From Thalia democratica (Eukaryota): 64,000 bases of DNA. The stretch covers positions 45,446,001 to 45,510,000 of the forward strand of contig OZ241831.1 in assembly GCA_965202585.1 (NCBI GenBank), in the 5' to 3' direction. Made by a program: the position numbers and the translations under genes. Positions 62,706 through 64,000 of the stretch are shown here, piece by piece (the first letter of the stretch is position 1; each line of letters begins with the position of its first letter). The notes under the pieces are model-generated. The model searched no databases. It was not told where the DNA came from and worked only from the letters and a program-made list of their open reading frames with translations.

Positions 62706-63985
62706 CGTAAACTAAAGATGACCAATAAGTTTTAAACACAAAAAATTTATCGCCGACTACAACCCGGCATACATCGGTGATTTGACGGCAACAAACTTAT
62801 TGCAAACATCGTCCAAAACTTCACAACAGTTTTTACTGTTCCCCCCAACTGTAAACAGCTTGTTATGTACGACAACTAAACCGTGGCCTGATTTACGCGA
62901 CAACATGTCTGGCATTTGTGTCCAAGTGTTCCCAAACACATCATAAGACTCAGTGGTGTTTAAGTCTCTCAAATCAGTATTTCTTCCACCAGAAACTACG
63001 ATTCTTCTTTTGAAATTGGCACAAGGGAAATATGATCTTTCCTGGTTCATTACGGCAACTTCTTTCCATCTGCGATCTCTTGCGTTGAGTTGAAAACATG
63101 AGTTAAATGCATGTTTCACGTGTGTTGCGCCTCCAATAACAAACAGCTCATCCATAAATGAACATGCACAAAATGCATAACGGCTGTCAAACATATCAGT
63201 TATTTTACTCCACGCATCAGTGCGAGATGAATATTTGTCTACAGACATTATATGTTTGCTATTAGAATTACAACCACCAAAAACGTAAATTTCACCTTTT
63301 AAACAAGCAGTCGAAAATGACCTTCGATCTTTGAGTGTGCTACTTACATTTCTCACAATGTTTAAACTACTAGCATCTAGATACTTAATATCTTCTACAG
63401 GCAGAAAACGCATACCCCCAAAGTTGAGTATTACAAATTCGTTCTGGCTACAATATCTACTCACTTTGGCCGATTTACTTTGTATATTTTTGCCTTCCAG
63501 GACATTATTTAGTATTTCAGTGCACCCATGCAGCTTAGAGAGTGATGACGTTTCAGTTGTGAGATAAGTTAAAGCGTCATCAGACAGCAAGGCGGGCCGC
63601 ACTTTTAGCATCAAGCTTTTCGCAAACTCGCCCCGTTCGTCGATATCGTGGCTCAACCATCTGAAAGCAGCACGGCAAACTTCAACTTCAGATGTGATCA
63701 GCAACTCGGAACTTTGGAGTATTTTCGAAACTCGACCGATGTCTAATTCTAAAAAACTGCCATCTTCTACGACCATTGTGAAACAGCGTTCGATGTATCT
63801 CAGTGTTGCTTCGTGGACGCCCAACAAATTGAAAGCTTTCGTTAACTGGTGATAAGTTACAACTTTTTCTAGCTTAATTCTTTTTTCTACAAACTGACAT
63901 AGTTTGTTCTCCACGTTTTTATGTATAAACATTTTGTTAAGTTTTAAGACGGAACATAACTGATGACCATCTAGCTCAACGTTTG
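62611..63985 (-). pseudogene. BACK-Kelch gene 4, exon 2 (exon 1 outside the window), with a single frameshift near 62760-62785
   Basis: The acceptor ttttcAG at 63988-63986 gives a phase-1 exon in frame with ORF 63932. BACK and Kelch motifs are present. The ORF stops at 62757, but a shifted frame continues VVVGDKFFVFKTYWSSLVYEYDVQKEKW...LPKF* to 62611, homologous to the tails of Kelch-1, -2 and -3. Confidence 0.85.
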
Positions 63986-64000
63986 CTGAAAAAAAGTGGT

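Noticed and set aside
1-64000. tRNA, rRNA or snRNA genes; species assignment
   Set aside because: None recognised by eye (tRNAscan-SE or Infernal would be decisive). Composition and gene families do not identify the organism.

Overview
Very AT-rich eukaryotic genomic DNA, most likely from an invertebrate animal: it has GT-AG introns and metazoan gene families, and I saw no prokaryotic features, rRNA, tRNA or CRISPR. The species cannot be named from the sequence alone. Host genes: the last exon of a Ly6/uPAR-type GPI-anchored protein (3-209, missed by the ORF track), a C2H2 zinc-finger terminal exon, four BACK-Kelch genes that lack a recognisable BTB domain (two intact, one with a single in-frame TAA, one with a late frameshift), an orphan Kelch C-terminal remnant, two serpins and a decayed PHD-finger gene. 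An ~11.5-kb direct tandem duplication (31.3-42.9 and 42.9-54.4 kb) carries one convergent Kelch + serpin pair per unit, and a ~1.9-kb tandem duplication lies at 58.8-62.7 kb. Intergenic DNA is full of hAT remnants and MITEs, Penelope-like, RTE and L2/CR1 fragments, and hammerhead-ribozyme motifs. The standout observation is that both serpins contain an exact in-frame 150-bp (50-aa) tandem duplication of the helix I loop / strand 5A / hinge / proximal reactive-centre-loop module, giving two EEGTEAAA(A/S)TG hinges in one polypeptide. All alignments, identities and splice models were made by eye; coordinates of degenerate elements are approximate.
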